Origin: an uncultured Nitrospiraceae bacterium
Lineage (GTDB): Bacteria > Nitrospirota > Thermodesulfovibrionia > Thermodesulfovibrionales > UBA6898
Assembly (NCBI GenBank): GCA_963811165.1
Contig: CAWEQH010000001.1
Coordinates: forward strand, 192,001-256,000
DNA length: 64,000 nucleotides
Direction of reading: 5' to 3'
Each line of letters opens with the position of its first letter. The stretch's first letter is position 1. The position numbers and the translations under genes were made by a program. Of this stretch, positions 55,515-64,000 are shown in pieces. The notes beneath the pieces were generated by a model. The model saw nothing but the letters and a program-made list of their open reading frames with translations, made no database searches and was not told the DNA's origin.

Positions 55515-55618
55515 ATGATGACCAATAAAGGACCAAAAGAAATTTATCGCGCGCTATTATTCATCTGCGCAGTTTATTTTATTGCGGTATCATTCGCTCA
55601 TCAACTGGGATTCAAGAT
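55515..55618 (+). pseudogene. 5' part of a cassette-like small membrane protein gene interrupted by the IS
   Basis: ATG 4 nt after GTTAGCA; MMTNKGPKEIYRALLFICAVYFIAVSFAHQLGFK then the IS end. Confidence 0.5.
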
Positions 55619-56942
55619 CACTAGTGTCCGGTTAAGAAGTGAATAAATTCAACTGGTTTTGATTTTCGAGCATAACTGAACGTTCTTCGATAGTCTGAAA
55701 TGCTTGTTGCAAAGGCATTTTCTCGAAAAGGGTAATCGAGAGAATCTGTAACAATGTATAAAGGGATGCATCGAGATTGAGCTTTTTCTTGATGATGGCG
55801 ATGAGTACATACATGGAAACGGCGATCCAGATTTGGGTCTTCACAGCGTTTTCCGATGTACCATAAAACCGTTTGATGCGAAGATGCTGTTTGATCCATT
55901 TGAAGAACAGTTCGATCTGCCAACGGCTTTTGTAGAGTGCAGCGATTGTGAGTGCTGATAGAGTCGTGTTGTTGGTAAGAAAGATCAGAGTTTTGTCTCT
56001 CTCGATATCTTTGAAGCGAATACGACGCAAATGTTCGGGGTAATGACAATGACTGTAGTAGCCGTTCAACATAATGCTCTGGTCGCAGATAATGCCAGAG
56101 GATCGGTCGACGGGCGCAGAGTATACGCGCCTTGCATTGAGGTTCGACTTTGTGCGGGTCACAAAGAAACTGCCTGCCCGGTGCAACGCATAAAGACGAG
56201 CGAAGTCCATATATGCCCGATCCATGATGTAGAACGCCCCAGGTTCCGCAATAAGCAGGTCGAGAATATTGATGTCGTGCCACTTGCCGTCGGTGATGTG
56301 AATGAAACTGGGGATTGCACCCTTGAGATCCAAAAGTGTATGGACTTTGACTGCGGCTTTTGTATCGCGGAACGGAGCCCATGGGAACACCGAAAGACAA
56401 AGATCGATGGTTGTGGAGTCCAGCGCATAAACCGTGTTGGAAAGATCGAGTCCCAAATCCTCGTCTGCGTAGAGCCTTCTTGCTTGAGCGATCAGTCTCT
56501 GCGCAAAATCGGCGTAGATGCGCCAGTCTCGGGATTCGTTTGCGTCGGCCAGAGTCGACCGAGAAATCGCTCCGTTGAGACCCATATGGTAAAGCTTCGA
56601 AGCCTGAGCCGAAAGGCACGCTTCTATATCGCGCAGACTCTCCCGATAGGTCAATTGGGCGAATGCCAAGATGCGAAACTGCTCCGTGCAGCGAAAGGTA
56701 CGAATACGATGATCGCCTCCATAGCGAGCGACTATACGATGAAATGTGCTCCAAGGGAGAAAATCCATGATTTGCGCAAATAGGGTCTTGCCAGTATACA
56801 TTGGCACCTCCGGGAATTTCAGTTCCAGAAGGATTGCCCATTCGGCGATATCTATTCAAGTCGACACCACCAAAAATATTGCAAATATTCTTATCTGTCA
56901 TATAGTTTTAAGTATCAGCCGTTTCTTAACCGGACAGCACTG
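55619..56942 (-). mobile_element. IS4-family insertion sequence (1324 bp) with 9-bp target duplication
   Basis: Terminal IRs CACTAGTGTCCGGTTAAGAA / CAGTGCTGTCCGGTTAAGAA; ATTCAAGAT at 55610-55618 and 56943-56951. Confidence 0.93.
55632..56807 (-). CDS. IS4-family DDE transposase
   Basis: ALDSTTI, IMDRAY, YKSRWQIELFFKWIKQ (YREK motif). Confidence 0.95.
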   Translation of the reverse strand: MPMYTGKTLFAQIMDFLPWSTFHRIVARYGGDHRIRTFRCTEQFRILAFAQLTYRESLRDIEACLSAQASKLYHMGLNGAISRSTLADANESRDWRIYADFAQRLIAQARRLYADEDLGLDLSNTVYALDSTTIDLCLSVFPWAPFRDTKAAVKVHTLLDLKGAIPSFIHITDGKWHDINILDLLIAEPGAFYIMDRAYMDFARLYALHRAGSFFVTRTKSNLNARRVYSAPVDRSSGIICDQSIMLNGYYSHCHYPEHLRRIRFKDIERDKTLIFLTNNTTLSALTIAALYKSRWQIELFFKWIKQHLRIKRFYGTSENAVKTQIWIAVSMYVLIAIIKKKLNLDASLYTLLQILSITLFEKMPLQQAFQTIEERSVMLENQNQLNLFTS

Positions 56943-57001
56943 ATTCAAGATGATAACTATATTTGTAATGATGACAGAGCCAATTACAGGAGGACAGGAT
57001 T

Positions 57002-57520
57002 ATGAAGCATGGGATGACAGTAAAACTTTTCGCAATATGTTTTTGTGTTGCAGCATTTTCACTTCTCACTCAACATGCTGCTGCCGGAGACCTCGCAGAG
57101 GGCAAGCTGGTGGTGGACGGAAAAACAATGGAAATTACCCAGGCATATGCCTATGCTGAAAAAGGCTTCTTCGACAATGAGAAGCAAGACGTGGTGGTAT
57201 TACTGTGCGACGCACCTGTGCCGGCTGCCGCGGTTCGCGATTTTTTTGCGCGAAAAGAACTTATCGACTCCGGCAAGCTCCATTGCGTCGAGCAGATAAT
57301 TGATTCCGAAAAGCAGGTTATCAACTTTAAAGTTCATGATAAGGGTTTCGGCAGCAAGCCGCCCAGTGACGGATCTACCGAACAGGTCTTTGATGTAAAG
57401 ACCTTTGACGGAAAAACCGTAGCTGGTCGCTCGTACACAAAATCTCAGCAAAACTTATTTGATGACATACCTTATAGCTATGACATAACCTTCAGTGCAC
57501 AGATCGGTCCGATGAAGTAA
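57002..57520 (+). CDS. Exported hypothetical protein
   Basis: AGGAGG upstream, signal peptide ending AAA, 172 aa. Confidence 0.7.
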   Translation: MKHGMTVKLFAICFCVAAFSLLTQHAAAGDLAEGKLVVDGKTMEITQAYAYAEKGFFDNEKQDVVVLLCDAPVPAAAVRDFFARKELIDSGKLHCVEQIIDSEKQVINFKVHDKGFGSKPPSDGSTEQVFDVKTFDGKTVAGRSYTKSQQNLFDDIPYSYDITFSAQIGPMK

Positions 57521-57617
57521 AGAGATGTGCCTCAGGGAAGCATACTGTCATAGTCGCGTCAGCCCGGCTGATCCGCCGGGGTAAACAGGACGGGTATCCG
57601 GCCCCCCTTCGGAAATC

Positions 57618-57726
57618 ATAACTCCCCTTAGCCCCCTCTTATCTTAAGAGGGGGAGAGGCGGAGCCTGGGGGCGTTATCTTAAGCGCGGACACAGAGGGG
57701 TGGATTCCCGTTTTCAGGGGAATGAC
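57618..57726. repeat. Cluster of REP-like palindromes
   Basis: CCCCCTCTTA-TCT-TAAGAGGGGG (57632-57654) and ATTCCC-N8-GGGAAT (57704-57723). Confidence 0.55.
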
Positions 57727-57801
57727 CGGAAATGGAGTCTATTACCAACATGTTATGGCAAGGGCATGATAATGACTCAGGAGGCTGTGCTACAATGAGC
57801 G

Positions 57802-59646
57802 ATGCTTAATCACGGCCAGGACATCCAGACTTTGCCCGAAACTTTGAGGACGGTGTTTGGTTTTGAGGCCTTTCGCCCGAACCAGGAAGACATTATCACA
57901 AGCATTATGAACGGACGGGATGTCTTTGCGGTTATGCCCACGGGCGGTGGAAAATCCCTCTGCTATCAGCTCCCGGCAAAGATGATGGAGGGCACGGCCG
58001 TAGTTATCAGTCCGCTCATATCCCTGATGAAAGACCAGGTTGACGCAGCGCTCGAAAACGGCATATCCGCCGCCTTCATGAACAGCTCGATGAACGCAGA
58101 TGAGGTGGCGGACGTCTACCGCATGCTGAAATACAAAAAGATAAAGCTCCTCTATATCGCACCGGAGAGGTTTGTAATGCCCCATTTCCTTGAGACATTG
58201 AAGACCTTCCCCATCTCCCTCTTTGCGATAGACGAGGCGCATTGCATATCGGAATGGGGCCATGATTTCCGTCCTGATTATCTCAGCCTTTCCCTCATTC
58301 CTAACGAGTTCCCCAATGTCCCGGTCGCCGCCTTTACCGCAACGGCCACCCAAAAAGTCCAGGAAGATATCATCGGGAGAATCGGCCTCAGGGACCCCTT
58401 TATTGTGCGCGCCTCCTTTAACCGCCAGAACCTGTTCTACGAAGTCAAATCTAAATCGAAAGTTGAATCCCAGATACTGGAGTTCCTTAAGGGGCACCGG
58501 GACGAATCGGGCATTATCTATCGGACGACGCGCGATTCGGTCATGGAAACAGCCGAATTTCTCGTATCGCACGGGATCAGCGCCAAGCCCTATCACGCCG
58601 GTTTATCTTCTGAAGAGCGGAGCAAAAACCAGGATACATTTAACCGGGACGAGGCGCAGGTGATCGTGGCGACTATCGCCTTCGGCATGGGAATAGATAA
58701 ATCAAACGTACGTTTTGTTCTCCATGCAGACCTTCCTAAAAATATTGAAGGCTACTACCAGGAAACAGGACGGGCGGGACGCGACGGAGAGCCGGCCCGC
58801 TGCCTCCTTTTTTTTAGCCGGGGGGACATCCCTAAGATCCGCTATTTCATTGACCGGATAACGGACGAGGGAGAACGTTCCATTGCCGTGGAGAAGCTGA
58901 ACCAGACCGTGGAGTACGCATCACATAATGTCTGCAGGAGAAAAAAACTCCTCGGATTTTTCGGCGAGGAATATCCTGAAGATAATTGCAGGGCCTGCGA
59001 TATCTGCACCGGCTTTGCCGAACGCATCGACGTTACCGCTGATGCGCAGATTATACTGTCGGCGATTTGGGAGACAAGGCAGCGGTTCGGGATAGGGCAT
59101 ACCATCGACATCGTAACGGGAGCTGATACAAAACGGGTCCGGGAACTCAGACACAATGAGATAAAAACCTATGCAGCAGGAAAACACAGGGACAAGAAGC
59201 ACTGGAGGTTCCTTATGGATGAACTGCTTGCTCAGGATATGGTCCGTCAGGATGGCGACCCTTATCCCGTATTGAAGATGACCCCGAAGGGTCTTGCCGT
59301 CATCTCAGGCGAAGAAGAGGTGAAGGCGCTCAAGAGGGAAGAGGTGGCTGCCAAACCCAGGCGGCCCGAAGGGATTGCACCCACGGGATATGATGAGGTC
59401 CTTTTCGGGAGGCTTCGGGTTCTAAGAAAAAAAATTGCGGAAACGCATCGGGTCCCTCCTTATATCGTATTTTCCGACAAGACCCTTCACGAGATGTGCA
59501 GGCACTATCCGGCGACGTTATCCGACATGAGGATGATCAGCGGAGTCGGTGACGCCAAGCTTGAGAGATATGGGGATGATTTTATCTCGGAGATAAAAAA
59601 GTATCGGACCGACCATCCCGCTATTTTACGCGGGACCGGCGGGTAA
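57802..59646 (+). CDS. recQ: ATP-dependent DNA helicase RecQ
   Basis: MPTGGGKSLCYQ, DEAHCISEWGHDFRP, ATIAFGMGID, QETGRAGRDG, Zn-binding Cys, RQC and HRDC domains. Confidence 0.96.
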   Translation: MLNHGQDIQTLPETLRTVFGFEAFRPNQEDIITSIMNGRDVFAVMPTGGGKSLCYQLPAKMMEGTAVVISPLISLMKDQVDAALENGISAAFMNSSMNADEVADVYRMLKYKKIKLLYIAPERFVMPHFLETLKTFPISLFAIDEAHCISEWGHDFRPDYLSLSLIPNEFPNVPVAAFTATATQKVQEDIIGRIGLRDPFIVRASFNRQNLFYEVKSKSKVESQILEFLKGHRDESGIIYRTTRDSVMETAEFLVSHGISAKPYHAGLSSEERSKNQDTFNRDEAQVIVATIAFGMGIDKSNVRFVLHADLPKNIEGYYQETGRAGRDGEPARCLLFFSRGDIPKIRYFIDRITDEGERSIAVEKLNQTVEYASHNVCRRKKLLGFFGEEYPEDNCRACDICTGFAERIDVTADAQIILSAIWETRQRFGIGHTIDIVTGADTKRVRELRHNEIKTYAAGKHRDKKHWRFLMDELLAQDMVRQDGDPYPVLKMTPKGLAVISGEEEVKALKREEVAAKPRRPEGIAPTGYDEVLFGRLRVLRKKIAETHRVPPYIVFSDKTLHEMCRHYPATLSDMRMISGVGDAKLERYGDDFISEIKKYRTDHPAILRGTGG

Positions 59647-59668
59647 CACACCAGGGAAAAAGCAGGAC

Positions 59669-60403
59669 TTATTTCCCGCCGCAAGCCGGACAGTCAGGGT
59701 CCTTGAATCCCTTGAAGGTCCTGAAGCTCATGTCCTGTCCGGACCATACAAGGAGTCTTCCCTTCAAAACTTTTCCTATTCCCGAGAGGTATTTCATCGC
59801 CTCCATCGCCTGGAGTGTCCCGATTACGCCAGGGGTCGCACCGAGGACAGGGAATACTTCCTTTGGCGGAGACTCGGGGAAATAACATCTCAGACAGGGC
59901 GTCTCGGGGGATTTGATAAAGGTGATGCGCCCGTCAAGCCCCCATATGCTTCCATGGACCAAAGGGATGTTCTTTCTGATGGCGCATTCATTGAGGAGAT
60001 AGCGTGTCGGGAAGTTGTCCATGCAGTCGAGGATAAGGTCCGAGTTTCCCACCAGAGCATCGACATTTTCAGCGACGATCTTGTCCGTAAAGGCGGTAAT
60101 GCTTATATGCGGGTTCAACTCTTCTAAGGTCTGCTTCGCTGAAACGGCCTTGTTTATCCCTATCCGGTTATGATTATGGAGGATCTGCCTGTTGAGGTTC
60201 GACCGGTCAGGCGAATCGAAGTCGCATATCCGTATATTACCTACGCCTGCCACGGCAAGATAGATCGAAACCGGCGACCCAAGACCTCCGGCCCCGGCGA
60301 TAAAGACCGTGGAATCCTTTATCCTCTCCTGGGTCTCAATCCCCCAGCCCTCCATCATCATCTGGCGGTTGTAGCGGTCGATCTCTTCCTGTGTAAGTTT
60401 CAT
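59669..60403 (-). CDS. ThiF/MoeB/HesA-family adenylyltransferase (E1-like)
   Basis: RYNRQ, GAGGLGS, SNLNRQ, DCMDNF, PCLRC, CPAC. Confidence 0.92.
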   Translation of the reverse strand: MKLTQEEIDRYNRQMMMEGWGIETQERIKDSTVFIAGAGGLGSPVSIYLAVAGVGNIRICDFDSPDRSNLNRQILHNHNRIGINKAVSAKQTLEELNPHISITAFTDKIVAENVDALVGNSDLILDCMDNFPTRYLLNECAIRKNIPLVHGSIWGLDGRITFIKSPETPCLRCYFPESPPKEVFPVLGATPGVIGTLQAMEAMKYLSGIGKVLKGRLLVWSGQDMSFRTFKGFKDPDCPACGGK

Positions 60404-60594
60404 GCCTTTTGCCTCGGACTAACGAAGTATAGCAAATGCGTCATGCTGCCTTCAAGAAACAGCAAGGGGAATTGACAAGGGGCATTTCTTCTAGTAGCTT
60501 GTGAATAGGCACTGATTACTTAACCGCAATCTTGCAAACAAAGCAACAAAAAGAAGGACCGTCCGGTTTCTTCTTCTCAGTAAAGGAGGCATCT

Positions 60595-61068
60595 ATGATC
60601 TCTCTGGAAATCAACGGACAAAAGCACGATGTTGATGTGGCTCCCGATGTGCCGCTCCTGTGGGTCATTAGGGAACACCTTAAATTGACCGGTACAAAAT
60701 TCGGCTGCGGTATAGGGATGTGCGGCTCCTGCACCGTCCATCTTGACGGGAAGGCGATAAGGTCCTGCCAGACAGCGGCGGGCGATGCGCAAGGGAAAAA
60801 GATCACCACAATCGAGGCGGTTGGGGGTACCCAGGCCGGGGCGGCGGTCCAGAAGGCCTGGATCGCAGAAGACGTGCCCCAGTGCGGGTACTGTCAGTCC
60901 GGCCAGATCATGACGGCTGCGGCGCTCCTAAGCCGGAACCCCAAGCCCACGGACGCAGAGATTGACGACTACCTCTCCGGCAATCTTTGCAGGTGCGGGA
61001 CGTATCAGCGTATCCGCAAGGCGGTCCACAATGCCTCTAGAGAGATGAAGAAAGGGGGCAAGTCATGA
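60595..61068 (+). CDS. [2Fe-2S] small subunit of a xanthine-oxidase-family oxidoreductase (IorA-like)
   Basis: [42 protein letters not shown]. Confidence 0.93.
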   Translation: MISLEINGQKHDVDVAPDVPLLWVIREHLKLTGTKFGCGIGMCGSCTVHLDGKAIRSCQTAAGDAQGKKITTIEAVGGTQAGAAVQKAWIAEDVPQCGYCQSGQIMTAAALLSRNPKPTDAEIDDYLSGNLCRCGTYQRIRKAVHNASREMKKGGKS

Positions 61069-63239
61069 ACGGGATATTCAACATAAGTCGCCGGGATTTC
61101 CTGAAGGCCGGTGCCCTTGTGGGCGGCGGGCTGATACTGGGTACTCATATAGACTGGGCAGGTGCAGCGGAGGAGGCACCGCCAAAGGCGCCTCCACTTG
61201 AGCCTAATGCCTTCGTCCATATCGCTCCGGACGATTCGGTAACGATTATCGTGAATCATTCGGAGATGGGCCAGGGGGTATACACCTCTCTTCCGATGCT
61301 CGTCAATGAAGAGCTCGATGCGGACTGGAAAAAGATAAAGGTAGAGTCCGCGCCGGTAGCCGCGGTATATAATCACACCGCCTTCGGCATGCAGATGACA
61401 GGAGGCAGCACAAGTGTCTGGAGTGAATATGACCGTCTCCGCACGGTGGGTGCCGCTGCCCGTCAGATGCTTATTGCTGCAGCCGCCGCTGCATGGAAGG
61501 TTGACAGGAAGACCTGCCGTGCTGAAAAGGGAAAGGTGGCCCACTCAAGCGGCAAGTCTTTCACATACGGACAGCTCGCTGAAAGGGCCGCCGCCCTGCC
61601 TGTGCCGGCTAACGTGAAACTCAAGGACGCATCTGCATTCAAACTGATTGGCAAGCCGACGCGCCGTCTGGATTCACCGGAAAAGGTGAACGGAGCGGCG
61701 AAGTTCGGGCTGGATGTCCTCCTGCCCGGAATGCTTATCGCGGTCGTCGCGCGTCCGCCGGTATTCGGCGGCAAGGTAAAAAGCGTGGATGCCGAGAAGG
61801 CAAAAGCGGTCCGCGGGGTGAAGGGCGTGGCAGAGGTGCCCTCGGGCGTTGCCGTGCTCGCCTCGGATTTCTGGCAGGCGAAAGCGGGCAGGGATGCGCT
61901 TAACATCGAATGGGATGAAGGACCCAGTGCAGGGCTTTCTACAGCCGGCATGATGGAACAGTACGCGCAGATATCGAAGACCCCTGGGAAGGTTGCAAAG
62001 AAGATCGGCGACGTGGAGGCAGGTTTTGTTTCGGCGGCGAAGACGATCAGCGCCGAGTATACCGTGCCATATCTCGCCCATGCCACCATGGAGCCTCTTA
62101 ATTGTACCGTGGACCTGCGTCCCGATTCCTGTGAGATATGGGTCGGGACCCAGTTCCAGACGGTCGACCGGAATGCTGCCGCAACAATCGCGGGACTCAA
62201 CCCTGAGCAGGTGAAGATCCACACGATGTTCCTCGGCGGAGGTTTCGGAAGACGGGCCAACCCCGCATCCGATTTCGTCAGCGAGGCGGTCCATATTGCC
62301 AAGGCTGCAAAAACTCCGGTGAAGGTGATCTGGACGCGTGAAGACGACACAAAGGGAGGCTATTACCGACCGATGTGGTTTGACAGCATTTCGGCAGGGA
62401 TTGATCAGTCGGGGACACCTCTTGTCTGGAAGCATACGATCGTCGGCCAGTCGATCGTTGCGGGTACGCCCTTCGAGAAGGTACTAGTAAAAGACGGCAT
62501 CGACAACACATCAGTAGAGGGAGCGGCTGACCTTCCGTATCATATCCCGAATCTCCTAGTCTATTTGCATACCCCTTCAATCAACGTGCCGGTATTGTGG
62601 TGGCGCTCCGTCGGCCATTCCCATACCGCCTTTGTGGTGGAAAGTTTTCTCGATGAGCTTGCCCATGCTGCGGGTAAAGACCCCTTCGAGTTCAGGAAAG
62701 GACTTCTGGCAAAGCATTCGCGGCATCTCGGGGTGCTCACCCTCGCCGCAGAAAAGGCCGGCTGGGGGAAACCCCTCCCAAAGGGCAGGGGCCGCGGCAT
62801 AGCCGTACACGAGTCTTTCGGCAGCTATGTGGCGGAGGTCGCCGAGGTCTCGGTAAGTCCCAAGGGCGAGTTGCGCGTACACAAAGTAACCTGCGCCGTG
62901 GACTGCGGCCGTTTTGTGAACCCAAAGACGATCACGGCACAGATGGAGTCCGGCATTGTCTTCGGCCTTTCGGCTGCACTGCATGGCGCGATCACCTTCA
63001 AGGACGGAAAGGTTGAACAGAGCAACTTCCACGACTATCCCATCCTGCGGCTGAACGAAATGCCGGTGGTTGATGTCCATATCGTTAAGAGCAAGGAAAA
63101 GCCCGGCGGCATCGGCGAGCCGGGCGTACCGCCGATTGCGCCCGCTGTTGCAAACGCGGTCTTCAATGCATCAGGCATAAGGCTGAGGCGGCTTCCGATG
63201 AACCCGGAGACGGTCCTTGAGGCAATAAAGAAAACCTGA
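61065..63239 (+). CDS. Molybdopterin-binding large subunit (isoquinoline 1-oxidoreductase beta-like), Tat-exported
   Basis: SRRDFLK Tat motif, EMGQG, TGGSTS, HATMEP, GGGFGRR, WRSVG, GIGEPG. Confidence 0.93.
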   Translation: MNGIFNISRRDFLKAGALVGGGLILGTHIDWAGAAEEAPPKAPPLEPNAFVHIAPDDSVTIIVNHSEMGQGVYTSLPMLVNEELDADWKKIKVESAPVAAVYNHTAFGMQMTGGSTSVWSEYDRLRTVGAAARQMLIAAAAAAWKVDRKTCRAEKGKVAHSSGKSFTYGQLAERAAALPVPANVKLKDASAFKLIGKPTRRLDSPEKVNGAAKFGLDVLLPGMLIAVVARPPVFGGKVKSVDAEKAKAVRGVKGVAEVPSGVAVLASDFWQAKAGRDALNIEWDEGPSAGLSTAGMMEQYAQISKTPGKVAKKIGDVEAGFVSAAKTISAEYTVPYLAHATMEPLNCTVDLRPDSCEIWVGTQFQTVDRNAAATIAGLNPEQVKIHTMFLGGGFGRRANPASDFVSEAVHIAKAAKTPVKVIWTREDDTKGGYYRPMWFDSISAGIDQSGTPLVWKHTIVGQSIVAGTPFEKVLVKDGIDNTSVEGAADLPYHIPNLLVYLHTPSINVPVLWWRSVGHSHTAFVVESFLDELAHAAGKDPFEFRKGLLAKHSRHLGVLTLAAEKAGWGKPLPKGRGRGIAVHESFGSYVAEVAEVSVSPKGELRVHKVTCAVDCGRFVNPKTITAQMESGIVFGLSAALHGAITFKDGKVEQSNFHDYPILRLNEMPVVDVHIVKSKEKPGGIGEPGVPPIAPAVANAVFNASGIRLRRLPMNPETVLEAIKKT

Positions 63240-63262
63240 TGGAAAAATAATGGGAGGACATC

Positions 63263-64000
63263 ATGAGGAAAATATTTTTTGCATTTCTTGTTGTGTTGGT
63301 CGGCATTGGCTGGGCGATGAAATCTGAGGCCAAGATCCATACCGAAACGGTTGAGTACATGCAAGGAGACGCAACACTTGAAGGCTATCTGGCCTATGAC
63401 GATTCGATTACCGGAAAGCGGCCGGGGGTGATCGTCGTCCATGAATGGTGGGGGCTTAACGATTTCATAAAAGGCCGGGCCGAAGCCCTCGCAAAGCTTG
63501 GCTATGTGGCATTTGCGGTAGATATATACGGCAAAGGCATCAGAGCAAAGACCGCTGAAGAGGCCGGTAAACTGGCCGGCTTATACCGGTCCGACCGCAA
63601 ACTTTTGCGTGCACGTGCCAACGCAGGGCTTGAGGTGCTCAAAAGACTTCCGCAGACCGACACAAGGAATATTGCGGCGATAGGATACTGCTTCGGCGGA
63701 GGTACGGTGCTTGAGATGGCCAGGTCCGGGGCGGATATTTCCGGGGTAGTCAGTTTCCATGGCAATCTCGACAACCCCAATCCCGCAGACGCCAAGAATA
63801 TCAAGGCGGAGGTCCTGGTGCTGCACGGCGCCGAAGATCCTTATGTGACGCCGGAGCAGGTGAGGACCTTCTGGGACGAGATGAGAAAGACCGATGCCCG
63901 CTGGCAGGTCAATATTTATAGCGGTGCGGTCCACAGCTTTACCAACCCGGACTCGGGAAATGACAAGTCCAAAGGGGTTGCATATAATGAAACAGCAGCG
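63263..64000 (+). CDS. Dienelactone hydrolase family protein (runs off the window end)
   Basis: Signal peptide, VHEWWGLN, GYCFGG nucleophile elbow, SFHG, HSFTNP. Confidence 0.9.
   Translation, partial: MRKIFFAFLVVLVGIGWAMKSEAKIHTETVEYMQGDATLEGYLAYDDSITGKRPGVIVVHEWWGLNDFIKGRAEALAKLGYVAFAVDIYGKGIRAKTAEEAGKLAGLYRSDRKLLRARANAGLEVLKRLPQTDTRNIAAIGYCFGGGTVLEMARSGADISGVVSFHGNLDNPNPADAKNIKAEVLVLHGAEDPYVTPEQVRTFWDEMRKTDARWQVNIYSGAVHSFTNPDSGNDKSKGVAYNETAA

Noticed and set aside
55621..56901. 426-aa ORF overlapping the transposase, and antisense ORF 56031..56783
   Set aside because: Alternative-frame shadows of the IS4 transposase with no recognisable motifs
49623..57700. tRNA-Phe as the integration site of the AT-rich island
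   Set aside because: rtcA separates the tRNA from the island, no integrase is present, and I saw no repeat of the tRNA 3' end
61463..63080. Long antisense ORFs over the molybdoenzyme gene (also over trpD, prfB and recQ)
   Set aside because: Typical reverse-strand shadows of GC-rich coding sequence

Overview
Bacterial chromosomal window. The 16S/23S sequence and gene content suggest an anaerobic Nitrospirota (Thermodesulfovibrionia-like) organism; this is inferred from recalled signatures, not from a search. Core content: a birA-coaX-galT-like-usp-JAMM-tonB cluster, trpC, murJ, a 16S-23S rRNA operon (no spacer tRNA, no linked 5S, and a ~120-nt expansion helix in 23S domain I), an rpoD-type sigma factor, recN, trpD, prfB with its programmed +1 frameshift, lnt, tRNA-Phe, rtcA, recQ, a ThiF/MoeB enzyme, a Tat-exported IorAB-type molybdoenzyme and a dienelactone hydrolase. 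Single-base indels break several normally essential genes (murJ, rpoD), so most frameshifts are probably long-read consensus errors. Best candidates for undescribed biology: (1) a tungstate locus with a ModE-box-preceded HTH-only ModE, a signal-peptide-less TupA (possible split cytoplasmic sensor) and two more TupA paralogues; (2) an AT-rich island (~51.4-57 kb) next to hicBA encoding a ~1000-aa SF1 helicase-PLD nuclease-zinc-ribbon protein plus partner gene, followed by a solitary integron attC site and an IS4-interrupted cassette; (3) a ThDP enzyme plus GT-A glycosyltransferase-like gene pair; (4) paired stand-alone HsdR-N-like genes; (5) a promoter-leader-terminator arrangement upstream of a B12 radical SAM gene; (6) a GalT homologue lacking its nucleophilic His.
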